Assembly: GCF_044704955.1 (NCBI RefSeq)
Contig: NC_091999.1
Location: 63,984,001 to 64,048,000 of the forward strand
DNA from: Pristiophorus japonicus
Taxonomy: Eukaryota
DNA length: 64,000 bases
Direction of reading: 5' to 3'
Shown here: positions 39,030 through 50,913 of the stretch, piece after piece
Layout: every line of letters begins with the position of its first letter
Position numbering within the stretch: position 1 is the stretch's first letter
Position numbers and translations under genes: made by a program
The notes under the pieces: generated by a model
What the model was told of the DNA's origin: nothing
The model's input: only the letters and a program-made list of their open reading frames with translations
Database searches by the model: none

Positions 39030-39580
39030 CTGAACATGCTGGACATAATCAGCAGGTCTGACTGTGTCTGTGGAGAGATAAGTAGGTTTAAGATTTCTGG
39101 TCGAAGACCCTTCATCAAAAGTGGAAACAGTTGGATATGTTACATATTATTAAGCAAGTTTCAAGTCAGGGTTAGGTGGTGTGGAGTAAAGAACAAATGA
39201 TAAGCTCTGTGATAGAATGGAAGGCAAGGGTGATATAAAGACAAAAGCGATGATGGTGCTAGGCAAAAGGAGATGGTATGGGACAAGTTAAGAAACAAAT
39301 GTTTGGTCCGCATGAAGTATAAATGGGAACGGCAGAACCATCAACTGCTGCCATTTGGCAGAAAAACATCGAGGCGGAAGTTCTGGTCTGAAATTCTATT
39401 GAATTCGATATTGAGCAAGTAATGCTATAAAATCGAAGATAAGGTGCTATTCCTCGTGCTTGCATTGAGATTCGTTGGAACCGTGTAAGAGACTGAGGAT
39501 GGAGACGTCAGTGTGGGAGTGGAGCAGAAAATTAAAGCGAGAAGCGGGTTCATGCTTATGGGCTGAATGGATCTATTCTT
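39030..39580 (-). mobile_element. Penelope-like element end fragment with a degenerate hammerhead-like motif
   Basis: Reverse strand ttgatgaagggtcttcgaccagaaa..tctctccacagacacagtcagacctgctga, homologous to 41294-41420. Confidence 0.45.
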
Positions 39581-39589
39581 CAAAGGTGT

Positions 39590-40175
39590 ACAAGTGTGGT
39601 CTCGATATCACACTTAGGACGCTGTGTTCAGTTCTGACCTACATAATCACACTTAATTTACTGAGCATAGTTCTGGCTTCCATATGAGAAGAATGATACA
39701 GAAGCACTGGAGAAGTGCAAATAAAGATTTCCAAGGAGAATACCAGAACTGAACGATTTTAACTGCCAAGAATAAATTAAACCGGCTGGGGATCTTTTTT
39801 TTCAAGAAAAGGGAAGGCTGAGGGGTGACCGAATAAAGTTTTTTGAAATTATGAAGGGGTTTGAAAGGTTAGTCGGGTAGAAGATATTTCTGCTTGAGTA
39901 GGAGCCTGATACTAGGGCCCATAAATATAAGATATTCAATAGGTAATTCAGGAGGGTCTTCTTTACCCAGAGAGTGGGTAGATTGTGGATCTCACTACCA
40001 TAGGTAGTAGTAATTGAGGCAAATATCATAGATGCGTTTCAGGGGAATGCAGATAAGTACACGACGGATAAAGGGATCGAAGGTGTTAATAGGTGGTGAT
40101 GAAGTAGGGAGAGAGGAGACTCATGTGTAACATAAAAATCAGCCTATTGGACTGAATGGCCTGTTTCTATGAAAA
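39590..40175 (+). mobile_element. Old CR1-clade 3' fragment
   Basis: tgtgttcagttctg.., ctttacccagagagtgg and gaatggcctgtttct motifs. Confidence 0.65.
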
Positions 40176-40242
40176 AAACTCTTTACAATTCTTAATTGTT
40201 TGGATTGCAATAAATAATATCAATAAAATAAATTTCTTGCAC

Positions 40243-40524
40243 ATCGTGTGGTACATCATTCAACCGTTATCCTCATCCTGACGTCCGTGAAGAAATCACC
40301 AGCATCAAATATGCATCAGCTGTGTGTTCAATCCTCAAATTCCGTCCAAAGAGTGAGACCTTGAATTGGCTGAGCACTCATGCATCAGGGCTTCGTCACC
40401 TCTCCCATCTGTGAAGTGAACTGAAACTTCTCGGTGACCAGTCGGCTGACATTGCCCCTGGTCTCTACCTGCCAGGTCTCTCATCAAGGGTTCAGACAAA
40501 GCCGAAACTTTGCCAGATCTCACG
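40243..40524 (+). pseudogene. IgM heavy chain Cmu2 exon, decayed
   Basis: Spliced-frame reading STVILILTS/EEITSIKYASAVCSILKFRPKSETLNWL../GFVTSPICEVN*NFSVTSRLTLP../TCQVSHQGFRQSRNF matches elasmobranch Cmu2. Acceptor is ttgcac (AG>AC) and donor is ataa (GT>AT); contains a stop and deletions. Confidence 0.85.
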
Positions 40525-40829
40525 ATAATGGACACCAGCCCGTGGAGTCCCAAATGATTATGAGCGCGGATGTCAATCAGAGCTTTTATTCGAATTAGTA
40601 AAGAGCACAGAACATTTTTCATTGCCAAACATACAGATTGGACTTCCTTTCGTTGTTCGTCCTAATTTAAGTTCCCTCATGGTTCAGGATTCCATAACCT
40701 CGTCAAAGGTTTCCCTGAGCGGTGATGTCGGATAGTGAGTGAGGTGTCCTTAGTCTGAGGTTTATGCTGAGAAAGCTCTATTTCTAATATACAATCGTGC
40801 TGTTTATGGTTTCTTCCATTATATTATAA

Positions 40830-41250
40830 AAGAAAGAAATGCCATGGCCGAACTCCAGTTGTCCTAAAGTGCTTCACCACCAAGGAAGTTCTTCTTGAAT
40901 TGTGGTCACTGTTTTACTGTAGAAATCGCGTCGGCCAATGTTCAGACAGTAAGGTCCCACGAACACCAATGTGATAATGACCAGATAATCCTTTTGTTTA
41001 GTGCTGTTTGTTGAGTCGTAAGTATTGTCCAGGACAACTGGGAGAAATGCCCTGCTCATCTTCGAAATAACCCCAAGGGATATTTTCCATCCACTTCAAA
41101 GGGCAGATGGGGCCTTGGTTTCCTATCTCATCCGAAATATGGTACTCCCATAATGCAGCGCTCCCTCAGTATTGCACTGGGAGTAGCAGCTTACATTTTT
41201 TGTTCAAGAATGTGGAGTGCGACTTGAACCCACAATCTTCTGATTCGGGA
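40830..41250 (-). mobile_element. tRNA-derived SINE (same family as 25218)
   Basis: Reverse B-box gacttgaacccac and core gcagcgctccctcagtattgcactgg. Confidence 0.7.
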
Positions 41251-41293
41251 TTCCTCATGGTTCAGGATTTAATAACCTCGCAAGATGTTCGCC

Positions 41294-41323
41294 CTGACGA
41301 AGGGTCATCGACCTGAAACGTTA
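41294..41323 (+). ncRNA. Minimal type I hammerhead ribozyme-like motif at a Penelope-like element end
   Basis: CTGACGA-A-GGGTC-atc-GACCT-GAAA-CG-TTA: catalytic core boxes, stem II and a minimal palindromic stem III. Confidence 0.5.
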
Positions 41324-41529
41324 ACTATTTTGTCTCTCCACAGATGCTGCCTGACCCGCTGAGATTTCCAGTATTTTCTGTTTTTTTTCAGATTGCAGCA
41401 TCTGCAGTATTTTGCTCTTGCTTTCCCTCTGCTCTAATTTCACATAATATGTCTGCTGCCCTTGGTCTCAGGTTTATACTGAGATGGAGCGACAGGAGGT
41501 GTTGGAACCCTTTGCTGGTAACTGTCTCA

Positions 41530-42007
41530 GGACCCACTGCTAGAAAGGGCGCCTGCCCTATTTAGAACATTGTGTTCAGTTCCGTGCACCGCGCTGCAGG
41601 ATGGATATACCGGCTTTAGAACGGGTGCAATGCAAATTCACCCGAATCATACCGGGGCTAAAATGCGGACAGGTAGCACAGAATAGGCTTGTATTACTTT
41701 GCATTTTGAAGGTAAAGAGGTGATATAAGTTGTTTAACTTGATAAACGGAATTGTTAGGGTAGAGAGAAAATATTTCCTTGGTGCGGGATTGAGAACAAG
41801 GGGCAGAAACTCAAAATTCGAGCGAGCCCATTGAGGAGTGAGGTCAGGAAGGATTCTTTCACACAAATGATAATAGTAATCTGGAAATCTCTCCCCCAAC
41901 AGCGGTTGAGGCGGAGGATCAATTGAAAATGTCAAAACTGAGATTGATACATCTTTGTTAGGCAAGGGGTTACACAAATGAGGCGGATAGATGATATTGA
42001 GGTATAG
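41530..42007 (+). mobile_element. Old CR1 3' fragment (host of the Gypsy insertion; 3' UTR resumes at about 46419-46480)
   Basis: ttagaacattgtgttcagttc..; gaggtatag|..|gtcatccaagaactaattgaatgg. Confidence 0.7.
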
Positions 42008-45000
42008 TATTGTGTTCCTAACACAGATGAGACTTCAGAGGAAGGTTAAAGTAACAGTGACCTCAGTCTTTATTAAGACAATCCAGAGTGAGTAACAGAC
42101 CTTCGGGGCCAGCTTATATACAGTGCTCTCAAGGGATGCTGGGATCCCTTGGGTGTTCTGGGGATGCGCTCCCTGGTGGCGGAACATGGGAGTGCATGCT
42201 TTACAGATGCACAGCATCACTCCCCCTCAAAGTCAAAGTGAAAACTATTTACAAGGTGAGGCGGTCGGGAGCCTTTCTTTCCCTGGTGGACGGCCTTGAT
42301 ACAAATGTCGGTTCTGGTGTGTTGGCTGCACCCTCGCTGGGCTGGTGTGTTGTTGGCCCTGCAGAGCTGCTGGGTGAGCCTGGCCTTGCTGGGCTGTTGG
42401 GAGTGATGGGTTCGATTTCCTGGTCCGGCGTGGTGTTGTTGATCCTTTTGGTGTGTGTTATGCGCTCGAAAAAGGTGGTGTCTGTTGTGGGTTGTTCAGG
42501 GCAGTCTATGAACCACAGCCTCGTGTGGTCCAAGTGCTTCTGCAAATTTGTCCATTGGCTAGTTTGAGTACAAACATCCTACTCCCTTCTTTAGCTATCA
42601 CCCTGCCCGCGATCCACTTTGGACCATGTCCATAGTTTAGCACATACACAGGGTCATTCAGATCAATTTCCCCTTACACAGTGGCGCGACCATCGTTTAC
42701 ATTTTGTTGCTGCCGCCTGCTCTCTACCTGGTCATGCAGGTTGTGGAGAACCAGTGAGAGTCTGGTTTTAAGTGTCCTTTTCATGAATAGCTCAGCCGGG
42801 GGAACCCCTGTGAGTGAGTGGGGTCACGTGCGGTAGCTGAGCAGCACTCGGGACAGGCGGGTTTCGAATAAGCCTTCTGTGACTTGTTTGAGGCTCTGTT
42901 TGATTGTTTGTACTGCCCGCTCTGCCTGCTCATTGGAGGATGGTTCAAACGGGGCGGAGGTGACATGTTTGATCCCATTGCGGGTCATGAATTCTTTAAA
43001 TTTGGCACTGGTGAAACATGGCCCGTTGTCACTGACCAGTATGTCAGGCTGGCCGTGGGCGGCAAACATGGCCCTCAGGCTTTCAATGATGGCGGTGGCG
43101 GTGCTTCCCGACATTATTTCACATTCAATCCATTTTGAAAAATCATCCACCACCACCAGGAACATTATACCGAGAAACGGGCCCGCATAGTCGACATGGA
43201 TCCTCGATCATGGTCTGGAGGGCCAGGACTACAAATTTAGTGGTGCCTCTCTGGGCGTGTTGCTCAACTGAGCACGCATGCTGCATTGGCATACACAAGA
43301 CTTCAAGTCAGAGTCGATACCGGGCCACCACACGTGGGATCTGGCTATCGCTTTCATCATTACTTTACCCGGTGGTGTGCTTTGGAGATCCGAGATGAAC
43401 GTCTCCCTGCCCGTTTTGGGTAGCACTAGGTGGTTACTGCACAACAGGCAGTCTGCCTGAATGGGCAGCTTGTCCTTTCACCGCTGGAACGGCTTGATTA
43501 GCTTTTGCATTTCAACGGGTTTGCTGGCCCAGCTCGCATGCAGTACACAGTTTTTTACTCGGGACAAAAGGGGTTCTTGGCTGATCCAAGTCCGAATCTG
43601 GTGGTCCGTGATCGGTGATTTATCATTTTCAAACGCTTCCATGCCCATCAACAAGTCTGCGGGCTGCGCCACCGTCAATAAGTTTGCAGGCTGCGCCATT
43701 TACACCCCCATGGTGGGCAATGGTAGCCAACTGAGAACAACTGCACAGTTATCGGTGCCTGGCCTGTGGCGGATGGTATAGTTATACGCTGATAGTGCGA
43801 GTGCCCACCTTTGTATGCGGGATGAGACATTAGTATTTATCCCCTTGTTTTCAGTGAACAGGGATATGAGGGGCTTGTGATCGGTTTCTAGCTCAAATAT
43901 GAGGCCAAACAGGTACTGACGCATTTTCTTTACCCCGAACACACACGTTAATGCGTTTTTATCAATCATTCTGTAGGCCCTCTCGGCCTTAGACAAGCTC
44001 CTGGAGGCATAGGCGACAGGTTGCAACTTCACCACATTGTTAGCTTGTTGTAATACACACTCGACTCTGTACGACGACGCATCACATGCTAGCACAAGTC
44101 TTTTACATGGGTTATGCAATACAAGCAGCTTAATGGAGCATAAAATATTTCTGGCTTTCTCAAAAGCAATACTTGTTTTTTTCCCCATAACCAGTTCTCA
44201 CCTTTAGTCAATAACACATGTAGGGGCTCTAAGAGGATGCTTAACCCCGGTAGGAAGTAATCAAAATAGTTAAGGAGTCCCAGGTACGACCGAAGCTGAA
44301 GGACCTCCTCCAAGTTTTGTAGGTGCTCGATGGTGTCCCGACCTGTGACCAATATGTCGTCATGAAAAACCACCGTGCGTGGTACTGACTTGAGTAGGCT
44401 CTCCGTGTTTCTCTGGAAGATCGCTGCAGCCGACCGAGTTCCAAATGGGTATCTGTAGTAGATGAACAATCCTTTTGCGTGTTGATGCAGGTGAGGCCAT
44501 TCGAAGACTCCTCCAGCTCTTGCATCATGTAGGCCGAAGTCAGGTCGAGCTTGGCCAACATCTTGCCTCCTGCCAGCGTCACAAATACGTCATCTGCCTT
44601 AGGTAGTGGGTATTTGTCCTGTAAAGAGAAACGATTAATAGTTACTTTATAATCACCACAAATCCAGACCGTGCCATCACTTTTGAGTACTGGAACAATC
44701 GGGCTGGCCCACTCGCTGAATTCTACAGGGGAGATGATGCCCTCGCGTTGCAGCTGCCCAGCTCGATTTCCACTCTGTCCCTCATCATGTGCAGTACCGC
44801 TCGCGCCTTGTGGTGAAAGGGTCGTGCCTCTGGGACCAAGTGGCACCTTCACCCGGAAATGTTTCCAATGCCTGGCTCAAAAAGGAAGGACATTTTTGAA
44901 GAACCTGTGATAGCGCTCGGAAGTCATCCCAGTTCCGACGGATTTTGCCCAGTCAGCTCCTTCCAAGCAGTGTGGGGTCATCCCCCGGGACAAACCAGAG

Positions 45001-46413
45001 TGGCAGTTCATGCACCGTGCCCTCGTAGGTGACGTTGACCATGGCGCTGCCCATGACAGTGATAAGCTATTTGGTGCAAGTTATCTGTTTCGTGTGGATG
45101 GGGCTTAGGGATGGTCTGAGTGCCTTGTTGCACCACAGTCTCTGAAACATCTTTTTACTCATGGTAGATTGGCTAGTGCCAGTGTCCAGTTCAATGGCTA
45201 CGGGTAAGCAATTCTATTTTATATTTAGCATTATAGGTGGACATTTCATCAAAAATGTGTGAACCCAGTGTATTTCAGCATCTGCCTCCTCTCTCTGTGG
45301 CTCGAAATAGCTTTGATCCATCATGGACCGATCTTCCTCTGCCACGAGGTGGTTAGCACGTTTTGCCGAGCTGCAGCTCATCTGCAAGCTCGTTGGAGGA
45401 GCTCCATTGTTCCACAGCTCTTGCAACCATACCCTTTGAAGCGGCATGAATAGGCTGAATGGAAGCCTCCACAAAGCCGTCAAGGTGGAATTGCCTTGCA
45501 TTCATCCTTTGTTGCGGGCTCTGAGTCATCTGGTTCACCTGAGGCCTTCTGGCAGTTGCAGACTCGTGCGTTCTGCCCTGTACATTTCTGCTCGAAAACA
45601 CAGTTCCAGTTAATTTATGAACATTGCTAGCACTTGTGTACTGAGAGATTTGTTTGCTGTTTTCACTGGTGGACATAAACGCCTGTGCTATCGCAGTGGC
45701 CTTAATGAGGGTAGGTGTCTCTACAGTCAAAATTTTCATAGGATGGTCTCGTGTCCAATACCCAGTACAAAAAATCTGAGCATTTGCTCCAGGTAGCCAT
45801 TAAACTTACATTGTCCTGCAAGTTACCTTAGCTCAGCGACGCAGCTCGCCAATTCCTGACCTTCAGATCGCTGGCACATGTAGAACCGATAGCTCGCCAT
45901 CAACACGCTCTTCCTCAGGTTAAGATGCTCCCAAACCAGTGTACAGTGCTCCTCATATGACATATCTGTGGGTTTCACCAGAGCCAGAAGAAACTTCATG
46001 AGGCTGTAGGTCGGTGCCCCGCACACCATGAGGAGCACCGCTCTCCTTTTTCCAGTGCTTCCTTCTCCATCCAGCTCGTTGGCTACAAAGTACTGGTCTA
46101 GCCGTGCGACATCCACTTCCCAGTCCACACCATCCGAGAAATTCTCCAGGATGCCCACAGTTTGGTGCATCTTTGCGTTGGATTCGTATACTCGTCGCCA
46201 GTTATTGTGTTCCAAACACAGATGAGACTGCACACAGGGAGGTTAAATTAACAGTGACCTCAGTCTTTATTAAGACACTCCAGAATGATTAACAGGCCTT
46301 AAAGGCCGGCTTATATACAGTGCTCTCAAGGGATGCTGGGATCCCTTGGGACTTCAGGGGATGCGCTGCGAGGTGTCGGAACATGGGAATGCATGCTATA
46401 CAGATACACAACA
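42008..46413 (-). mobile_element. Ty3/Gypsy LTR retrotransposon, full structure but decayed
   Basis: ~210-bp LTRs at 42008-42216 and 46203-46413; PBS tggcgacgag beside the right LTR; PPT gagggggagtga beside the left LTR; gag-PR-RT-RNaseH-integrase order (LDLTSAY, ACDASS, TDHKPL, VSDNGPCF); degenerate 5-bp TSD tatag/tgcag. Confidence 0.93.
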
Positions 46414-47143
46414 TGCAGGTCATCCAAGAACTAATTGAATGGAGGAACAGGCTTGATGGACTGAAATTCATATTTCCTTCTGACACTCTTTAACAAGGCA
46501 TGATAAAGGCTCACTAATGATAGAAATGAAAAAACTACTTCACACCAATATTACAAATGATTCCCAAACACGAAAGACCCCTTGGAATGCCATTCTCCCG
46601 ACCTTTCTCTTGGATGGGGGCTGCAAGTGCTGCTTGTACATTTTCATCGCCCCAAAAATCACAAGACACCAGGATATTAACTGTATTTCGTTTCGATTCT
46701 AAAATCCTGAGTTGGATTTGTTATTCGTTTTGAGCCAGTGTAAGTTTCGTGTTGAGCTCTTGAACCTGGGGCAGAGTCATTTTTAGAACGGTGATAACGT
46801 TTGGGCACAAGGATCTTTAGTCGGGCGTAATGGAACAAGGGTTTTCGGGAGGAGCGCTATTCAGTTCGTAACACTATTGTGCATGAATGTATTTAATGTT
46901 TTACGCCGGGTATTTGCTTCACAGCACATTAAAGGTGGCTCTGGATGTAAACACACAGAAAATTTGAAAGATTCTCCCGGGCACGTTGCCAATCTGTTGT
47001 CCTTCCAATAACGATTTGTTTAAGCGACAGCGAGTGCTTGATATCTCAAAGGTGATTTATTCTTCTTGGGGGAATGAAGGCTGCATGCTGTTACCCTGAT
47101 TTTGAAGATGAAGCTTGGCTTGATTTATATTTCTGCTTCACAG

Positions 47144-47433
47144 AATATATCCAATGCAGAAATCACTCTTCTGCAACCGTCAGTAGAACAGGTCTTACTT
47201 GAGACATTATCCTGTGTCGTGTCTAATGGTCCTTATGGAATCAAAGTATCCAGGACCCGAGAAAAGGAAACTTGGAAATCAAAGATTGCCGTCGAAGTCG
47301 GCGAAGCTCCCAACAGTGTGATCAGCAACATAAACATCTCGAAACAAACCTGGCTAAGCGGTGTTGAGTTCTGCTCCGTGATGAGGCACCATTATTATAG
47401 CGACTATAAGAGATTCCATCCACAAGGAAAAGG
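47144..47433 (+). pseudogene. IgM heavy chain Cmu3 exon, decayed
   Basis: [55 protein letters not shown].., with RDSIHKEK in a shifted frame. Core Trp>Arg, second Cys>Ser, frameshift, and donor g|atgag (GT>AT). Confidence 0.9.
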
Positions 47434-47919
47434 ATGAGCGGAGAAATTGTAGCAACAAGTGAGACGCTCTGACTATTTCCGTGCATGTGCTAATTGGCTC
47501 TATTAAGTGTGTTAATGGATTGCTCTGATAATTGAAATGGTAATTCCACTAAATAATCCGACTGGACCCGAAATTATGCACTTAAGTGGAATCTGGATAA
47601 GTCCATGAGGGAAAAAGGGAAATATATTTTATTTGTGTTGGATAAAATTAGCTGGACGAGGCTCGTTTGGAGCATAAACAACGATAATGACCAGTTGGGA
47701 AGAAAATGCTATGTTATTTTCCAGTCCGACTCCTAAAGGACCCAGAGAGAAGGATTGCATTCCCCTCTGCTCCGTGCTGCAAAGCCTGACAGGCCACAGA
47801 GGGGAAAAAGGGAATCCTTTAAAAATCAGCGCAAAGCACATTTCTCTCACATCTAACCACCGGTTTCTTTGTCTCTGGAATTATCCAGTTTATTGACCTT
47901 TAACGTAATTGTTCTGCAG

Positions 47920-48311
47920 CTAAAGATCCGCGGGAACCGGCCGTGTCTGTCCTCCTGCCCTCGGCAGAAGAAGTCTCCGTTCAAACTTTCTTTACCTTCA
48001 ACTGCTTAATGAGAGGTTTCTCCCCCCAAGAGATCTTCGTCAAATGGACCATCAATGACAAGCCGATAGATTCCGGCAACTACAAGAACACCGAGGTGAT
48101 GGCGGAGAACGGCAGCAGCTCCTTCTTCATGTACAGCCTGCTATCCATTGCAGCCGAGGAGTGGGCCAGCGGCGCCTCTTACTCCTGTGTGATGAGACAT
48201 GAAGCGATCATCTTCAAGATCAACAACAAAACCGTTAATAAGTCCAGTGGTAAACTGACTTTTGTGAACATTTCATTAAAGCTGGTAGATACGGTGAATT
48301 ATTGTCAATGA
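47920..48311 (+). CDS. IGHM: IgM heavy chain Cmu4 exon plus secretory tailpiece (open frame)
   Basis: Acceptor ttctgcag; [61 protein letters not shown]; tail [19 protein letters not shown] with NIS sequon and penultimate Cys; internal donor G|GTAAA after 48249. Confidence 0.93.
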
Positions 48312-48339
48312 GAATCTCTCGATTGCATTTAAATTCTTA

Positions 48340-48345
48340 AATAAA
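48340..48345 (+). terminator. Polyadenylation signal of secretory mu
   Basis: AATAAA about 30 bp after the tailpiece stop. Confidence 0.65.
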
Positions 48346-48774
48346 ATACTTTAAAGGCCTCTTCTTCCAACTGCGAGTTAAATACATAGCCACTCAATTA
48401 ATATTGTTTTTCTACCCATTTTTGCGAACGCGGGAGGCTGCTAAACTGAAGCAGGCTATTTACAGGAGTCGGGTCCAAGGCTTGTACAGCCAAAGTTCCC
48501 AGCTCAGATAAACCACTGGTTGGAGACAGGGTGAAGCTCATTCATAACAAGTTTCCTCAATGTAACTTCAGCAAATTTCCTCCCACTGGAGGAATCTTTA
48601 ACGTTCCCATTTCCGACAAACTAATGCAGCCATTTAGATATTGGCGTCCCTGTTTCTCATGTTGTCCATCCCTTCAGAATTGAGGCCAGTTTTATTTTGA
48701 AGCTTCGCATCTTCTGGAAACTGAAAAGAGGGCCAGACACGTATATGAACTGCACCTCCCATTATCACACCAGA

Positions 48775-49022
48775 AAGAGAGGACAGGGAATGGTTAACCC
48801 ACTGTCCCTTCAACTCGCCAGCAGAGAGAGCGGAAAGGACAATTGTTAACCCAATGTACCTCACACTCAACCAGCAGAGATAGGGGAAGGACAATCGTTA
48901 ACCCAATGTACCTCACACTCAACCACCAGAGAGAGGGGAAAGGACAAGTGTTAATCCAATGTACCTCACACTCAACCACCAGAGGGAGGGGTAAGGACAA
49001 TTGTTAACCCAATGTACCTCAC
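48775..49022. repeat. 52-53-bp tandem repeat (about 4.5 units)
   Basis: gttaacccaatgtacctcacactcaacc..ggacaa at 48793, 48845, 48897, 48950 and 49003. Confidence 0.9.
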
Positions 49023-49489
49023 GCGCCCACCATCCGCCCCCCGTCCCTACCGCAGAGAGGGGAAGTCAACCAATCTCCATTCTGTGAACTCAGTCGCAAC
49101 CAGTAAAATGATAGATTCCAACTCGCTGTCAGAAAACGTTAAACTTGCCGAATATGCATCATATTGTATAATAAATGTTGTTCAACATTTTAGCTTTAAC
49201 TAGTATTTGGTTAAATCTATATCAGTTATTCGTAAACTAACTGATTGAATTTTAATAGTCAAAATGTAAACTAGTTATTCAATCCTCTGCAGGTTTTTCA
49301 TGGTTATCTCCAAGATAGGTCCGAGGCCCATCGTTGAATTGTTGAAATCCATCAACTGACATCGCATTGCGTCTCACACGGAAACACTTTTACATAGAGC
49401 GGGCGAGAATGCCTGTAAACGTGCGTGTGTGTCTTTATGTGAACGTGTGTTCGTTGTTGTGTGTAAATTTGCGTGGTTTTGTGTAAGTG

Positions 49490-50080
49490 CACACTTCCAT
49501 ACAAACACACTCAGACTTACAAATAAACAAACAATCTTCATACCAACACAGAATAATATAGGTATCCAGAATATAATGCACACTGTTATTGTCACACTCG
49601 GTTACTGGTACTCTCTAAAACTTTGAGTAAACATACACAGTCTTACACAAAGTACACAAACACACGCATTAACACACAGATTTACACACGCATAACCACA
49701 CATATCAACACAAACACACATACACAAATCACACACACAGATACACACGCAGTTACACTCAAACTCACACAGTTACACATAAAAACACAAACATAGACCT
49801 CAACATACAAAAACGCTTACATATACACATAAGGTACATGCACATTGCTACACATAACACGCACACTTATATATGTAAATACACATATACAAAAACACAC
49901 AAAGACTTACATATAAACATACACACACTTACATAAACACTCGCACAATTATATATAACACACACAGTTACATATTAACATAAACATTAAAACACAAACA
50001 CAGGGAAAACGAAAACAAGAGATCATGATCCACACATATGCAAACAGTAAAGCGCACAAAACATATCAGGATATAAACAT
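49490..50080. repeat. CA-rich low-complexity tract
   Basis: Degenerate (CA)n/ACAT arrays. Confidence 0.8.
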
Positions 50081-50637
50081 ATGTGGAATTCAATGCACTT
50101 TTTATATAGGCACAGCATGGAACGATTGCACTGAATAAAAAATTCCTGAAAACATAATTCTCACTTTCTCAATTCCTACACTGAATCCATGTTCTTGTTG
50201 GAAACTGATACAAGTTAATTATGTTCAGAACACAGCCATAACAAGTAAATAAACAATATTATATGTCACAACTGATCACTTACCTTGTCTCCTTGACAGT
50301 CTCCAAATAAGTAGCTATCTAAACCTATCGTTAAATTATCGATATCAATCAGTAAACCTCCCTCGATCTTACATTATACTATTCCCGAATGGTAGAATGT
50401 AGAAAATTGATGCAAGATCAATTGAAGGCAACATTCATATTCATAAAGGAAGAATGACTGTGGAGGTAGGAACAGAGATAGATGGCCGAGAGTGATTAAC
50501 ATAACACAAGGTATATATTGACAATTAAATTAGAGAACAAAATAATAATTCATGGAAAAGAAAAGAGAATATATGATCACATGATATCTTGGTTTCATAA
50601 GCGATCTCGATATATTTCTATCTCTTCATCCCCGTAG

Positions 50638-50765
50638 ATTCCTCAGACCACATCTCGAGTGAAGACTATGAGGATGAGTGCGACAACATCTGGACAACCG
50701 CTTCCACATTCATCATCCTGTTCTTCCTGAGAATTTCCTACAGCGCTGCCGTCACTCTGATGAAA
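50638..50765 (+). CDS. IGHM: IgM membrane exon TM1
   Basis: Acceptor ccccgtag; DSSDHISSEDYEDECDNIWTTASTFIILFFLRISYSAAVTLMK (CART-like motif); donor is GC (AAA|GCGAG). Confidence 0.92.
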
Positions 50766-50904
50766 GCGAGAAGATTCAATCCATTCACATCGATCTGTTT
50801 GAAGCGGTTTGACAAATCTCTGGATGTTTCATTGATAAAAAACCTTGCGATAAATGCCCCATACCACTAGATCTTCACTTCACTCTTTAATACCTCTTTT
50901 ACAG

Positions 50905-50913
50905 GTCAACTGA
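50905..50913 (+). CDS. IGHM: IgM membrane exon TM2 (coding part VN*)
   Basis: Acceptor ctcttttacag then GTC AAC TGA, 139 bp after TM1; equivalent to the canonical VK*. Confidence 0.7.
   Translation, partial: VN

Noticed and set aside
2802-39200. ORFs containing long X runs
   Set aside because: Artefacts of N runs and flanking GATA microsatellites.
1-40242. IgM VH, D, JH or Cmu1 upstream of Cmu2
   Set aside because: No WGxGT, YYCAR+RSS or Cmu1 motifs were recognised by eye; highly decayed or masked copies cannot be excluded.
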